From NCBI RefSeq assembly GCF_004010195.1, contig NC_057719.1, forward strand, positions 40,030,872 through 40,094,871: 64,000 nt of DNA, in the 5' to 3' direction. This DNA is from Chiloscyllium plagiosum. Taxonomy: Eukaryota. The translations under genes and the position numbers were made by a program. Below, in pieces: positions 39,210 through 52,748 of this stretch. The notes beneath the pieces are model-generated. The model had not been told where the DNA came from. It saw only the letters and a program-made list of their open reading frames with translations, and ran no database searches. How positions within the stretch are numbered: the stretch's first letter is position 1; each line of letters begins with the position of its first letter.

Positions 39210-40215
39210 CTGGAGTCGAGAATGTGGTCCTGGAAAAGCACAGGTCAGGCAGCATCCGAGGAGCAGAAAAATCAATGCTTCGGGCTAAAGCCCTACATCA
39301 GGAATGAGGCTGGGAGCCTCGGGGGTGGAGAGATAAATGGGAGGGGGTGGGGATGGGGATGGAGGGAAAGGTAGCTGAGAGTGTAATAGCTGGGGGTAAT
39401 GGTGATAGGTCAGAGGGGAGGATGGAGTGGATAGGTGGGAAGGAAGACAGGCAGGTAAGACAGGTCATGACAGCAGTGCTGAACTGGAAGGTTGGAACTG
39501 GGATAAGGTGGGGGGGTAACGGGGAAAAAGAAGAAACTAGTGAAACCCACATTGATGCCATGGGGTTGCAGGGTCCCGAGACAGAAGAGCAGGTTTTCAG
39601 GCATTGGGTGATAAGGGAGTGGTGATGGAGGAGGCTCAGGACCTGCATATCCTCGGCAGAGTGGGAGGGGGAGTTGAAGTGTTCAGCCAGGGGGCGGTGT
39701 GGTTGGTTGGTGCAGGTATCCCGAAGGTGTTCTCTGAACTGCTCTGCGAGTAGGCATTCTGTTGCCCCAATGTAGAGGAGACTGCATTGGGAGCAATGGA
39801 CACAGTAAATGACATGTGTAGAAGTGCAGGTGAAACTTTGATAATGTGGAAGGCTCTTTTGGGGCCTTGGACAGAAATGAGGGGGAGGTGTTGGCATAGG
39901 TTTTGCAAATCCTGCGGTGGCAGGGGAAGGTGCCAGGAAGGAAGGATGGGTTGTTGGTGGGAGTGGACCTGACGGGATAGCTGCGGAGAGAACTGAAAGT
40001 GGATAGGGGTGGGGAGGGAAATATATTTCTAGTGGTGGGATCTGTTTATACGTAGCAGAAATGGTGGAGGATGATGCGTTGGTGGGGTGGAAGGTGAGGA
40101 TCGGGGGTTTCTGTCCTTCTTGTGGTTGGAGGGGTGGGGTTTGACGGTGAAGGTACGGAAAGTGGATGAGATGCGCTGGAGAGCATCAACCACCATGTGG
40201 GAAGGGAAACTGCAG
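39210..40215 (-). mobile_element. Penelope-like element (GIY-YIG endonuclease and terminal repeat)
   Basis: FTCTSTHVIYCVHCSQCSLLYIGATECLLAEQFREH...HFNSPSH; decayed hammerhead at about 39272-39301. Confidence 0.85.
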
Positions 40216-42464
40216 GACCCAACTTTTGGCTAAGTAGTTGAGTAAGTTCCTTTAATGATCTGAAATCTTCTTAGTTGAGGTTTTAGGTTTCCTACAAATT
40301 TGACTGGATAGTTTTATCTTGCCGGGGATAAAGTTAGTAAAACTATTGACAACTTCAGTGCCAAGGAACTTTTAACACAAATTTTAATCCCTTTCACCAG
40401 TCAGTAACATTGAGGTTGACTGTAATAACTCCATACCACCTCATCCAGTATTACCCAACTCCGTGACAGCCAAAAAATCAAGGCTGTCCCTTGTTCATTT
40501 TTATAGCTCAGTATCAGTTACAGCATATATTCTATACTGTTATCTGATGGCTTTATCTCAAAACTCTTCTAGCTGATTTGTGTCATGACTTAATTGAGAA
40601 GTGTGCGCTGATAATTGCGTACTTAACACTAAGCAGTCACAGTCTAAAACTGTGCAGTGTGTAAAATCACATGAGACTACCAAGATGACAATGTACCTGA
40701 CTCTGACTACTTCTAAAGACAAAGGCCATTCATGTCAGCTTTCACCAGTAATAGAAAATACAGCAACAAAAAGAGATTTATACCCAATTCCTCAATTAGA
40801 AGATATACTAACAGGGTTGGGAGTGCTTCATTCCTCTTTAAGATTCATTTATGCAAGGGATACTGACATGTACCACTGATGTAGCTATAAAAATATCAAC
40901 CTTTGACATAATGCATTTGCTATAACAACGTAGAGTGATGATATTTAGTTTTAGAACTATAAGTACTATAACATGACTTAAGAATCAAGTCATAACTAGA
41001 GTAGATGCTGCAGCTTTTTCACACTCTGATAAGTATGGTATGTCTTGCAGAACTCATTATACCCTTAAGAAGTCTTGGCTACGTAAAATGCCTGCTTATC
41101 GACACAAGTTTCCTGTACTCCTCCATGTACCACCAAAAGTATTTCACATACTCCTTAGAATTTCTCCTTACAGCATTTGGGTAGTATACCATTCCTCGTC
41201 TGCAGATCTATGAGGATGTCTTCGCCTCATCAGAACTCTGCTTTTAAAATAACATATTGGGAATTCCTTCAGTCACACTTTCAGTGTGAGCTCACTGTAT
41301 TAATTTGCTTATCTTTGAATTTGCTTTCTGAACCTCAACTAATTAAAATATAATCACCATATTGTTCTTTTGAATCAGCTCATCCTTGAAAAAAGGTTCT
41401 GTTACTCTAACATCCGTTTGTCATAGTATTTTGATTTCTGGTGATAGACTTTGCTTAACTACTATTCTGATTACCACAGGATGGAGAAGACATAGAGATG
41501 TACAGCATGGAAATCTGGAACTTGTTCCTGTAACTGTTTGTCACTTGAAGCTCATTCAGGATTTCAGTGATTATACTTAAAGCTATAACTTTTATTCTTG
41601 CCAAATAATTACTCTGCAGTAAATCAACTTCATCCATGGGTAATTTCTTAATAACTCTTACTATATCATTGCTTCAGACAGAAGTTGCACTCTAACCTCA
41701 CCTTGTGCATCAATATGAAATATACTTTCCACTTATTTAATTTACTAACACTTTGGCTTTCATTGCGCTCTTTGAAGGAAAGACTACATCCTTCTCCAGC
41801 AAAATAGTTATGGGTTTAATTGCATTATTTGAAGAAAGAAGGGTTATCTTTCCTTTGGACAAAAAAATTTCACATCTCTCAGTTAACTTGTTCACCTCAC
41901 CTGCATTCACAACAGGTTTAACTTCCAGCTTCTTGGTTGTAGTTAAGACTTCAACTTGGTCTCTAGCATTTCCTTTTGAGAATTCCTTTATCAGACTCAC
42001 TCTTACAAACCTGCCGAGTCACTTTTTTTTTTACAGCACAGAGAGAGTTCCTTTGACCTATCCTGTCAGTGTCAATCCAACTGCCATCTATTCTAATTCC
42101 ATTTTCTACCATTTGTCTCATTGGCTTGGGTGCTATATGCTCATCTAAATAGTTTTAAATGTCTTGAGGATTTCCAACTCCAACACCCTTTCAGGCAGAG
42201 ATATGCAGATATCCAAAACTGTCTGCGTGAAAAGTTGTTTGCTCAAATTCCCTCCAAACTTCCTGCTACTTACCTTAAATCTGTGCTCTTGGTTATCGAC
42301 CACTCTGTGGAAGAAACAGTTTCTCCCTATCTACCCTGTTTATACCCTTCAACCTTGTAGACCTCAAACTTCTATGCTCTAAAGAAAACAACCCAGCCTA
42401 TCGCGTCTCTCTCATAGCAGCATTGCTCCAGCTGAGGCAAAATCTCGGTGGAAAAAACCCCAAG

Positions 42465-43925
42465 GAATGACTGATGCTGGAAATCAGAAACAGAAACAGG
42501 AAATGTTGGAAAAAATTAAGGTTTAGCAACATCAGTGGAAACAAAGCGACACTTCCTTTCCTTGACCTGTCCATCTCCAGTTCAGGGAATAACTCGTCCA
42601 CTGCTTGCCACTGACTCCCATAGCTACTTTCACTGCAGCTCTTCCCACCTCACACCTTGCAAGGATTCTATCCCATGCTTCCAGTTCCTTCACCTACATC
42701 ATATTTGTTCAGATGATCCCATCTTCCAAAACAGGGTTGCTGACATGTCTTCCTTCTTCCATAACATGTGGTTTCTTGTCCAGTGTGATTCCGGATTGAT
42801 TTTCATGCTCCTTGGATGCTGCCTGACGTGCTGTGCATTTCCAGCACCACTCTAATCTCCAGCATCTGCAGTCCTCACTTTTGCCTGCCCACTGTGGTTG
42901 ACAGGGCCCTCAACCGCATCTGACCTATCACCAGTCCTACACCCTTGCCCCTTTCCATCATTCACAGTCAGTGATCAGGTCCCCCCTTGTTCTCACTTAA
43001 CAACCCACCACCCTCCACATTCAAAGGATCATTCTCCATCATTTCAGACAACTCCAGCAGAACGCCACCCTTACATCTTCCTCTCACTCCCCTTGTCTGC
43101 ATTTCGTAAGGATCATTCCCTCACAGGCACACTAGCACATTCCTCAACCACCAACACCATCTCACCTTCCCATAGTTCTTTCCCACGTAACCACAGAAGG
43201 TGCAACACCTGCCCCTTCACCTCCTCCCTGCTCACCAACCAAAAGCCTAAACAGTCTCTCCGGGTGAAGCAGCATTTCACCTGTAGCTTCCCCAATCTTA
43301 TATCTTGTATTCGCTGCATCCAATGTGGTCCACTCTACATTGGACAGACCAAACACATTCTGGGTGAGTGCTTTGCAAAACACCTCCAGTCCGAGCACAG
43401 GCATGACTGACCTTCCTGTATTTGGTCGTTTTAACACAGCATCCTGCTCGTATGGGCACTCGTCTGTCCTCAGCATGCTGCAATGCTCCAGTGAATCACT
43501 GTGGAAACTGAAGGAGCAACATCTGATTTTCAGACAATGCAGTTTACAAGCTTCTAAGCTCAATATTGAGTTCAATATCTTCAAATTGTGAACTCATTCT
43601 TCCCTTTTTGTTAGTTTTGCTTGTTACATTCTCTGTCTCCCTCTCTCCCCTTAACCCATCCCTGTGGGACTGTCTGTTCTTCCCAGTTGGGCAATTAGAC
43701 ACACCATTGCTCTGCCATTCTCACATTCCAATCACTTAATCTGAACCATCAACATCCTTTCTCTGCCAGCACTGCAACTGCTCCCCACCATTGATAAATG
43801 CTGACGCCTCCACACTTTACATTTGCTCTGATGAAGAGTCATCTCGACTCAAAATGTTAGCTTGCTTTCTCTCTATGGATGTTACTTGACCTGCTGTGAT
43901 CTCCAGCAATTTTTGTTTTCAGAGT
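42465..43925 (+). mobile_element. Penelope-like element (RT end and GIY-YIG) with inverted 5' piece
   Basis: PFLDLSIS RT motif; RCNTCP...FTCSFPNLISCIRCIQCGPLYIGQTK; KLKEQHLIF; hammerhead remnant at 43828-43858. Confidence 0.85.
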
Positions 43926-44299
43926 TGTCATTAACCTGAAACCCGAGAAATGGTATGGATGGCTAATAAGTTTGATTATATCCTGCTGATAACAACGATC
44001 TGAAAATGTAAGTGACGTGAACAAAGTTTAAGTCCAAATCCACTTACACCCACCATGGATTGCAAATAGATAGTCAGGATTTCAGGTTAATTTACCTTTC
44101 AATGTTATTATCCTGCTACAATGCAACTTTCACCATCAGTTTTCTTCCAAATTGTCCAAAACCATGTTAAAAAGTTCAAAAAGCTTCTTTTGAATTATCA
44201 GTTTCCCATAAGTCCCTGTGCAAAAATCTGAGTTCTGCTAAGAGCTGCCATATTAAAATCACTCAAAGAAAAAAATTCAACTGTATGAATTATATTCAA

Positions 44300-44520
44300 G
44301 TTAAGTTGTCATAGCCTTACCAGACCATAGAGCTGCTCTCTCATTAGAGGAGAGAGAGATGACTGGTGGTGATTTAACCTGAGGGCTACCATATCTTAGG
44401 TGAGGGGAGAGCTGGCGATGATGAGTCCTTCATGGATCAGCCAGTGACAGGAAATGAATCCACAATGTTGGTATCACACTGCTTCACAAACGAACCATCC
44501 AGCCAAATGAGCTAAACTGA
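44300..44520 (-). mobile_element. tRNA-derived SINE of a different family
   Basis: Minus-strand head tagctcatttgg (A box) ... ggattcatttcc (B-box-like). Confidence 0.55.
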
Positions 44521-47500
44521 ATTATACTATTCTCACAAGACAAATCCTTCGACTGTGAATACTGCTTCTGGGATAATGAGACTTTTATGAAGCAACATTT
44601 CAATTGGTGTCAAAAGGGAATTCCTTGATTTTTCTCCCCCTCAAAAGAACCTGTGAAAAGCTGTCCACCCTGCCCATGTCAGCAGTTAAGATCTACTGGA
44701 GCCTCCTCCAGTCTTTTCTGATCTAACTATCAATGTAAACCTCTACTCTTTTCTCCCACAAATGTTTATCCAGCGTTGCTTAGCCAATCTCTGTGATAGT
44801 TGAATCCCAGTTCCTCACCACTTCTTCTGAATACCCCATTTGATTTCAGGGTGGGTGTCTTAATTATTTGATTATTTACTAAATAATATGACCACCTTGC
44901 TATTTTTGCTAAAACAAAATCTCAAACGTCATTGCCAATTGTGTGACCACAGCAAAAAGTTATTAACATATTTTTGTAATTTACCGTAGTATTCCGCAAT
45001 CAGTCAGTTTGCTGTTGTTAAGATACAAAATATTCAGTTTCAGTATAAGAAATCCCTTCTATGGCTTCTCAGTCCAACAGCAAGTCTCAAATATTCTACC
45101 TATTCCAAATTATAATACCAAACTGAAGTGATCAGCAATGGTTTCAGAAGGCAAAAGTGCATGGATATTAATTCAGGATTGTGGCTTGCAATATATAAAA
45201 AGCAAATCAGTCAGAATTCTAAAGAAAAGATCAAGGGAACCTGGAGGGCAAGTTTAATTAGACTAGTGAGACTTTGTAAAATCAGCCAGTTATGTAATAG
45301 TGGAAACCTTTGAACAGATTGCATCTTCACCTGTCAGTTAAGGAAGGTAGAAAATAAAATGATGCAAAGAAAGTATACTGCTTTTGTTATAAAATGATTC
45401 TAAGCACCATGAAATAGTTTCACAAGGATAAATCACTTCGCTTCAAGACCTTTTTTTAAAATATTCTTTGATGGAATGTCAGCATTCCTGGCAAGGCCAG
45501 CATTTATTGCTCATTTCTAACTGCCCTTGAGAAAGTGGTGTTGAAACACCTTTTTGAATTGCAGTGACTCCATGTTGTTAAGGGTTCCAAGATTTTGACC
45601 CTGCAGCAGCCGAGAAACGGCACATACAGTTTCAAGCCAAGGATTAAAAACTAACCAAATAGTAAATTGGAGAAAACTTCAGAGAATGATGGCTGAACCT
45701 AAGTGGAAAGTACTGGGGTATGCTTGCCCACCTTGTTTTCCGAAAATGAACATTAGGATCTGTGAAGTAATAAGACAATCATGCCAACAATAGTTGCTAC
45801 CTTATCAAAGGAGAAAACAATAGCTTGGTACTTTTGCAACCATACAACTGCAGGTTAAAAAGCTTTTGCCCCTGCAGAATTGGAACCTGATGATGTGAAC
45901 ACAGAAAAAGATTTGGATCGATAAACTTTCATTAATAAAATCTGTGTAGAAGATGATGCTGTAATTGCTTATGAAGCTGGTCAGATTTTGACACATTTAA
46001 AAGTAGTGCAGATAGTTCCACAGAAGAATGCATAGCAGAAATCAGTGGATTAGATACAGGACTGCAGAAATTTCAGCCAAAAATTCTTCAATCTGTGCTA
46101 GTATTTAAGTTATTAGACTCTGCAAACATATCGAGTAAAAAATGACTAAGTTTTTTAGTTAAATTTGCAGAAAGACAAACTGTGTGAACAAATGTTGGAA
46201 TCACCAAAAAAAAAAATTCTTGGAAAGCACTATTTTTCAGCACTGTTCGAAGTGCAAATGAAACAATCTGCCATATGACAAAAAAAGGAGGGCACAATAT
46301 AATTAATGAGTTGATGAGACCCTCTCAATACATATCAATACACAGTACAAAAGAACTTTAATGGAAATGAGGACAGAAAATGTTTTAAATATACTGAGAA
46401 GTAAAAATAATTTGGGATTTGTAATAAAAGAATGAATACCAGAAATGTCTAAAGTGTAGTCAATGGGTATTTTTGGCACAATTTAAAACAAAATAAAGTC
46501 AAAAATTGTCCCAAATAGTTCATAGATTCCAAAACTAAATACAAACATTAAGTTTGGAGGAAGATCTTGGAAATAATGATCAAAGATAGGCCTTTATGAG
46601 TTACAAGAATTTTCAGGCCAGTAATAATTATGTTTGTGCCAGAGTCTATCAACTGAGCTGTTGTGTAATATGTCTACAGTGTGTGCATTGGACTGGCTAA
46701 AATGATACCAAGACTCTGAGTAATAAGGATTAGGACAAAGTTAAGGAATTGTAGAATTCCTTGGTTTCAGGTTTGGAGTGATGAAACGCTACAATCTTGT
46801 AAAATAATTATTCCTTGTAAAATAGTTGGAATAAATCATTTTATTACAACAGTAATAGTACTGTATGCAATGCATAAAACATTGATAAAACAAGATGCAG
46901 AAAACAATGAAACTATTATGTTTAGAAAATCTGAAATCGAAATTTACATAATTGGGACATTATTGTATTCCTTTAATGGAATATAACCTCCCCATTCAAA
47001 AAAATTCAAATGATATTAACAGAGGACAGAAACTTGGAAGACAAAATTTAATTGTGTTAAAACTACAAAGGCTATACATTCAAAAGATTAAAAAATTTCG
47101 TAGAGGACATAAGAATAAGGGAAGAAAAATTCAATGAATAACCCAGTAGCAACTTAAGAGATAAAGTGATAGATAAGATTTGTAAGAAATATGAAAGGAC
47201 AAAGTTTTAATCTGTAGGAAATCTGTGCTTAGCACAGGATTTCAACAAGGTAGTGGTCATGGACCTAAAAGTGCGGAATAAAGAAGGTAAACCATTTTAC
47301 ATTTTGTAGATTTAGCAAGAGAGAAAGAAACCTATACTGCTAACTGACACAGCAGTGAATCTGCACAGTTACTGCCTTTGCCGTTTGAGACCATGTATCC
47401 CTAGACATCGGAATGTGTCTCGGAAAAATGAACAGATAGCAAAATTCACAGTTGACCCTGGATGAACCTGTGTGGGAGAGCTCACAGCACAGGAACTGAT

Positions 47501-49745
47501 AAGTGCACAGTTTTAAACATGTAACCTTGCTATATGTCTGCAGGAGTGAACAGAGTGGGTTCTTTCTTGATTATATGTTTTATTTAGATCAGTCTCGATT
47601 AAATTTTAAAAATATAAATCATAAGTACTAAGTTAGGCTGGAGCACTTTATTTAGGACAAAAAGATGGGGCTATTTTCTGGGTCTGTAGATTGTGAAGGA
47701 GCAAAGATGGCCATTAGTAGAGTGATATGCTCTTTCAATTGGATGTGGGAGTTTAGGAGAGTTTCCATGTTTATGATGATTATGTCTGCAGTAAGTCTGT
47801 TTGGATGTGAACCCTACTGAATCGCATGGATCAGCTGAGCAACAGTGAGAGACAATGAGGAATTTACAAGAGCTAGGGAGTGTGATGGATGACAGTTATA
47901 GGAAGGAAGTAAAGTCGCAGATACAGTCATGTAGATGGGTTAACTCCAGGAAAGGTAGGAGGGGTAGTCAAGTAGTGCAGGAGTCTTCTGTGGCTATCCC
48001 CATTTTAAACAAGCATGCTGTTTTGGAAAATGTAGGGAGTGATGGACTCTCAGAGGAATGTAGCACAAACAACCAAGTTTCTGGTATTGAGACAGGCTCT
48101 AATGCAATGAGGGGTACGTCAGGTTCCAAGCAATTGACGATGATACATCTCCCTGGTGCCAGACTCAAGGATGTCTCAGAGAGGGTGCAGAATGTTCTCA
48201 AAGGGGAGAGGGACCAGCAGGAGGTCACTGTACATATTGTAACTAATACAGGAAGGGAATAGGATGAGATTCTGAAGGAAGAATATTAAAAGCTAGACAG
48301 GAATTTAACAAGGAGGTTCTCGAGAGTAGTAATATCAGGATTACTCCTGGTGCTACAAGCTTGTGAGGGTAGGAATTGGAGGATAAAGCAGATGCAGAAT
48401 TGTGTGGCTGAGGAGTTGGTGCAGGGGAGAAGGGTTCACATTTTTGAATCACTGGAATCTCTTCTGGGGTAGAAATGACCTGTGAAGGATGGATTGCATC
48501 TGAATTGGAAGGGGACTAATATACTGACAGGGAGATTTGCTAGAGCTGCTCAGGAGGATTTAAACTAGTAAGCTGGAGAGGGGGCGGGGGGAGAAACAGT
48601 GAGGAAAGAGATCAATCTGAGACGGTACAATTGCAAAAGAGAGCAAGTCAAACAGTTAGGACAGGAAGGAACAAAGCAGAGAACAAGGTAGAACTGATAA
48701 ATTAAACTGCATTTACTTCAATGCAAGAGGCTTAACAGGGAAGGCAGATGAATCCAGGGCATGGTTAGGAACATGGGACTCGGATATCATAGCAATTACA
48801 GAAATGTCACTCAGGGATGGACAAGACTGGGAAGCTTAATGTTCCAGGATACAAATGCTACAGGAAGGATAGAAGGGGCGGGGGAAGAGTGCAAGAGAGG
48901 AGTGGGAGTGGTGTTTTTGATAAGGGATAGTATTACTGCAGTACTTAGGGAAGGTATTCCTGGGAATATATCCAGGGAAGTTATTTAGGTGGAACTGAGA
49001 AATAAGAAAGGGATAATCACGTTATTGGGATTGTATTATAGACCCCCTAAATAGTCAGCCGGAAATTGAGAAACAAATTTGTAAGGAGATCTCAGTAATC
49101 TGCAAGAATAATAGGGTGGTTATGGTAAAGGATTTTAACTTTCCAAACATAGATTGGGACTGCCACAGTGTTAAGGGTTTAAATGGAGAGGAATTTGTCA
49201 AGTTTATACAAGAAAATTCTACATCCAGTATGTGGATGTTCCTACTAGAGAAGGTACAAAACTTGACCTTCTCTTGGGAAATAAGGCAGAGCAGATAACC
49301 GAGATATCAGTGGGGGAGCACTTTGGGGCCAGAGACTATAATTCTATTACTTTTAAAATAGTGATGGAAAATTAGATCAGATGTAAAAGTTGAAGTTCTA
49401 AATTGGAGGAAGGCTATGTTTGATGGTATTAGGCTCGAACTTTCAAAAGCTGATTGGGGGCAGATATTCGCAGGTAAAGGGACGGTTGGAAAATGCGAAG
49501 CCTTCAAAAATGAGATAATGAGATAGCATATTCCTGTTAGAGAGAAAGGAAAGGCTGGTTCATGTTGGGAATGCTGGATGACGAGAGAAATGGAGGTTTC
49601 GGTTAAGAAAGAGGAGGAAACATATGACAGGTAGAGAAAGGAGAGATTGAGTGAATCCTTTGAAGAGTATAAAGGCAGTACGAGTATACTTAAGGGGGAA
49701 ATCAAGAGGGCAAAAATTTGGGCATGAGGTAGCTTTGGCAAACAG

Positions 49746-52700
49746 AACATAGAACATTACAGCACAGTACAGGCCCTTTGGCCCTCGATGTTGCACTAAC
49801 CTGTGGAACCAATCTGAAGCCCATCTAACCTACAGTATTCCATTTTCATCCATATGTCTATCCAATTACCATTTAAATGCCCTTAAGGTTGTTAAATCTA
49901 CTACTGTTGCAGTGCGCTCCACGCCCCTACTACTCTGAGTAAAGAAACTACCTCTGACATTGTCCTATATCTATCACCCCAATTTAAAGCTATGCGCTCT
50001 TGTGCCAGCCATCACCACCCAAGGAAAAAGGCTCTCATTGTCTACCTATCTAACCCTCTGATTATCTTATATGTCTCAATTAAGTCACCTCTCAACCTTC
50101 TTCTAACGAAAACAGCCTCAAGTCCCTTCAGCCTTTCCTCATAAGACCTTCCCTCCATACCAGGCAATATCCTAGTAAATCTCCTCTGAACCCTCTCCAA
50201 AGCTTCCATATCCTTCCTATAATGTGATGACCAGAACTGTACGCAATACTCCAAGTGCAGCCGCACCAGAGTTTTGTACAGTTGCAGCATGACCTTGTGG
50301 CTCCGAAGCTCAATCCCCCTACAAATAAAAGCTAATACACCATATGCCTTCTTAACAACCCTATCAAACTGGGTGGCAACTTTCAGGGATCTTATGTACA
50401 TGGATACCGAGATCTCTCTGTTCATTGACACTACCAAGAATCTTGCTATTTGCCCTGTACATTTTATTCCTGTTGCACCTTCCAAAGTGAATCACCTCAC
50501 ACTTTTCCACATTAAAATCCATTTGCCACCTCTCAGCCCAGCTCTGCAGCTTATCAATGTCCCTCTGTAACCTGCAATATCCTTCAGCATTATCCACAAC
50601 TCCACCGACCTTAGTGTCATGTGCAAATTTATTAACCCATCCTACGACACCCTCTTCTAGGTCATTGATAAAAATAACAAACAGTAGTGGCCCCAAAACA
50701 GATCCTTGTGGTACACCACTAGTAACACAACTCTACGATGAACATTTTCCATCAACCACCACCCTGTCTTCTTCCAGCTTGCCAATTTCTGATCCAAACC
50801 GTTAAATCACTCTCAGTCCCATGCCCCCGTATTTTGTGCAATAGCCTACAGGGTGGAAGATTATCAAATGTCTTACTGAAATCCATATATACCACATCAA
50901 CCACTTAACCCTCATCCATCTGTTTGGTCACCATCTCAAAGAACTCAATGTTTGTGAGGCACGACCTAACCTTCACAAAACCGTGTTGACTATCCCTAAT
51001 CAACTTATTCCTTTCTAGAGGATTATAAATCCAATCTCTTATAATTTTTTCCAACACTTCACACACAACCAAAGGAAGGCTCACTGGTCAATAATTACCA
51101 GGGTTATCTCTACTCTCCTTCTTGAACAAAGGAAGGATATTTGCTATCCTCTAGTCAGCTGGCACTATTCCTGTAGACAATGACAACATAAAGATCAAAG
51201 CCAAAGGCCCTGCAATCTCTTCCCTGGCTTCCTAGAGAATCCTAGGATAAATCCCATCTGGCCCAGGTATCTATTTTCACACTTTTCAGAATTGCTAACA
51301 TCTGCGGCACGGTGGTTAGCACTGCTGCCTCACAGCGCCAGAGACCCGGGTTCAATTCCCGCCTCAGTGCGACTGACTGTGTGGAGTTTGCATGTTCTCC
51401 CCGTGTCTGCGCGGGTTTCCTCCGGGTGCTCCGGTTTCCTCCCACAGTCCAAAGATGTGCATGGTCAGGTGAATTGGCCATAATAAATTGCCCATAGTGT
51501 TAGGTTAGGGGTATGGGTGGGTTGCGCTTCGGCGGGTCGGTGTGGACTTGTTGGGCCGAAGGGCCTGTTTCCACACTGTACTGTAATGTAATGTAATGTA
51601 ATCTCCTCCTTGCTAATGTCAAACCCACACCTCAGTATTCTCCTCGACAACATTGTCTTTTTCCAGTGTGAATACTGACTAAAGATATTCATTTAGTGCT
51701 TCACCTATCTCCTCGGACTCCATGCACAACCTCCCACTACTATCCTTCATTGGCCGTAACATTTCTCTAGTCATTCTTTTATTTTTGATATATTTATAGA
51801 AAGGATCAAGAAAAACCCGAAACATATCTGCCAATGACTTCTCATGTCCCCTCTTGGCTCCTTTTACCTCTCTCTTTAGGTCACTACCACCAAACTGCTC
51901 ACCGACCTCCAAATTTAACACTTGGCCAGCTTCATTACCCAGTCCCAAATCCAATGTGGCCCTTGCCCCTTATTGGCTTGTCTACATACTGTGCCAGGAA
52001 ACCATTCTGCACACATTGGACAAAAACTGACCCATCTAAAGTACTTGAACTATAGTATTTTCAGTCAATACTTGGAAAGTTAAAGACCCCACAACAACTA
52101 CCCTGTTACTCTTGCTCCTATCCAGAATTATCTTTGCTATCCTTTCCTCAACATCTCTAGAATTATTTGGAGGTCTACAGAAAATTCCCAACAGAGTGAT
52201 CTCTCCTTTCCTATTTCGAACCTCAGCCCATATTATCTCAGTAGACAAATCTTCAAACATCCTTTCTCCCACCTCAATACTGTCCTTGACTAACAATGGC
52301 ACACCTCCCCCTCTTTTACCATCTTCTCTGTTCTTACTGAAACATCTAAATCCCTGAACCTGCAACAACCATTCCTGTCCCTGCTCTTTCATGTCTCCAA
52401 AATGGCCACAACATCAAAGTCCCAGCTACCAACCCATGCTGCAAGTTCACCCACCATATTGTGGATGCTCCTGGCTTTGAAGTAGACACACTTCAAATCA
52501 GCTTCCTGCTGCCGGTGAACTCTTGCAACCTTGAAACCATATTTCTGACCTCACTATTCTCAACCTCCTAGATACTGGAACTACAATTTAGGTTCCTATC
52601 CCCCTTCTGAATTAGTTTAAACTCACCAGAACAGCATTAGGAAACCTCCCCCCAAGGATATTGGTAGCCCTCTGGTTCAGGTGTAGACCATCTTGCTGGT

Positions 52701-52748
52701 AGAGGTGCCACCTACCCCAGAATGAGCCCCAATTATCCAGGAATCTAT
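49746..52748 (-). mobile_element. Antisense CR1 LINE nested in the 47320 element
   Basis: GPLLFVIFINDLE, KFAHDTK and EN motifs on the minus strand; flanked by the aaacag duplication (49740-49745 and 52749-52754). Confidence 0.9.
51304..51604 (+). mobile_element. HE1-type SINE nested in the antisense CR1
   Basis: Family match, (gtaat)n tail, atct at both junctions. Confidence 0.9.

Noticed and set aside
41737..42148. Overlapping ORFs with a short imperfect repeat (ALFEGK / ALFEER)
   Set aside because: No convincing splice sites or homology; looks like decayed repeat sequence.
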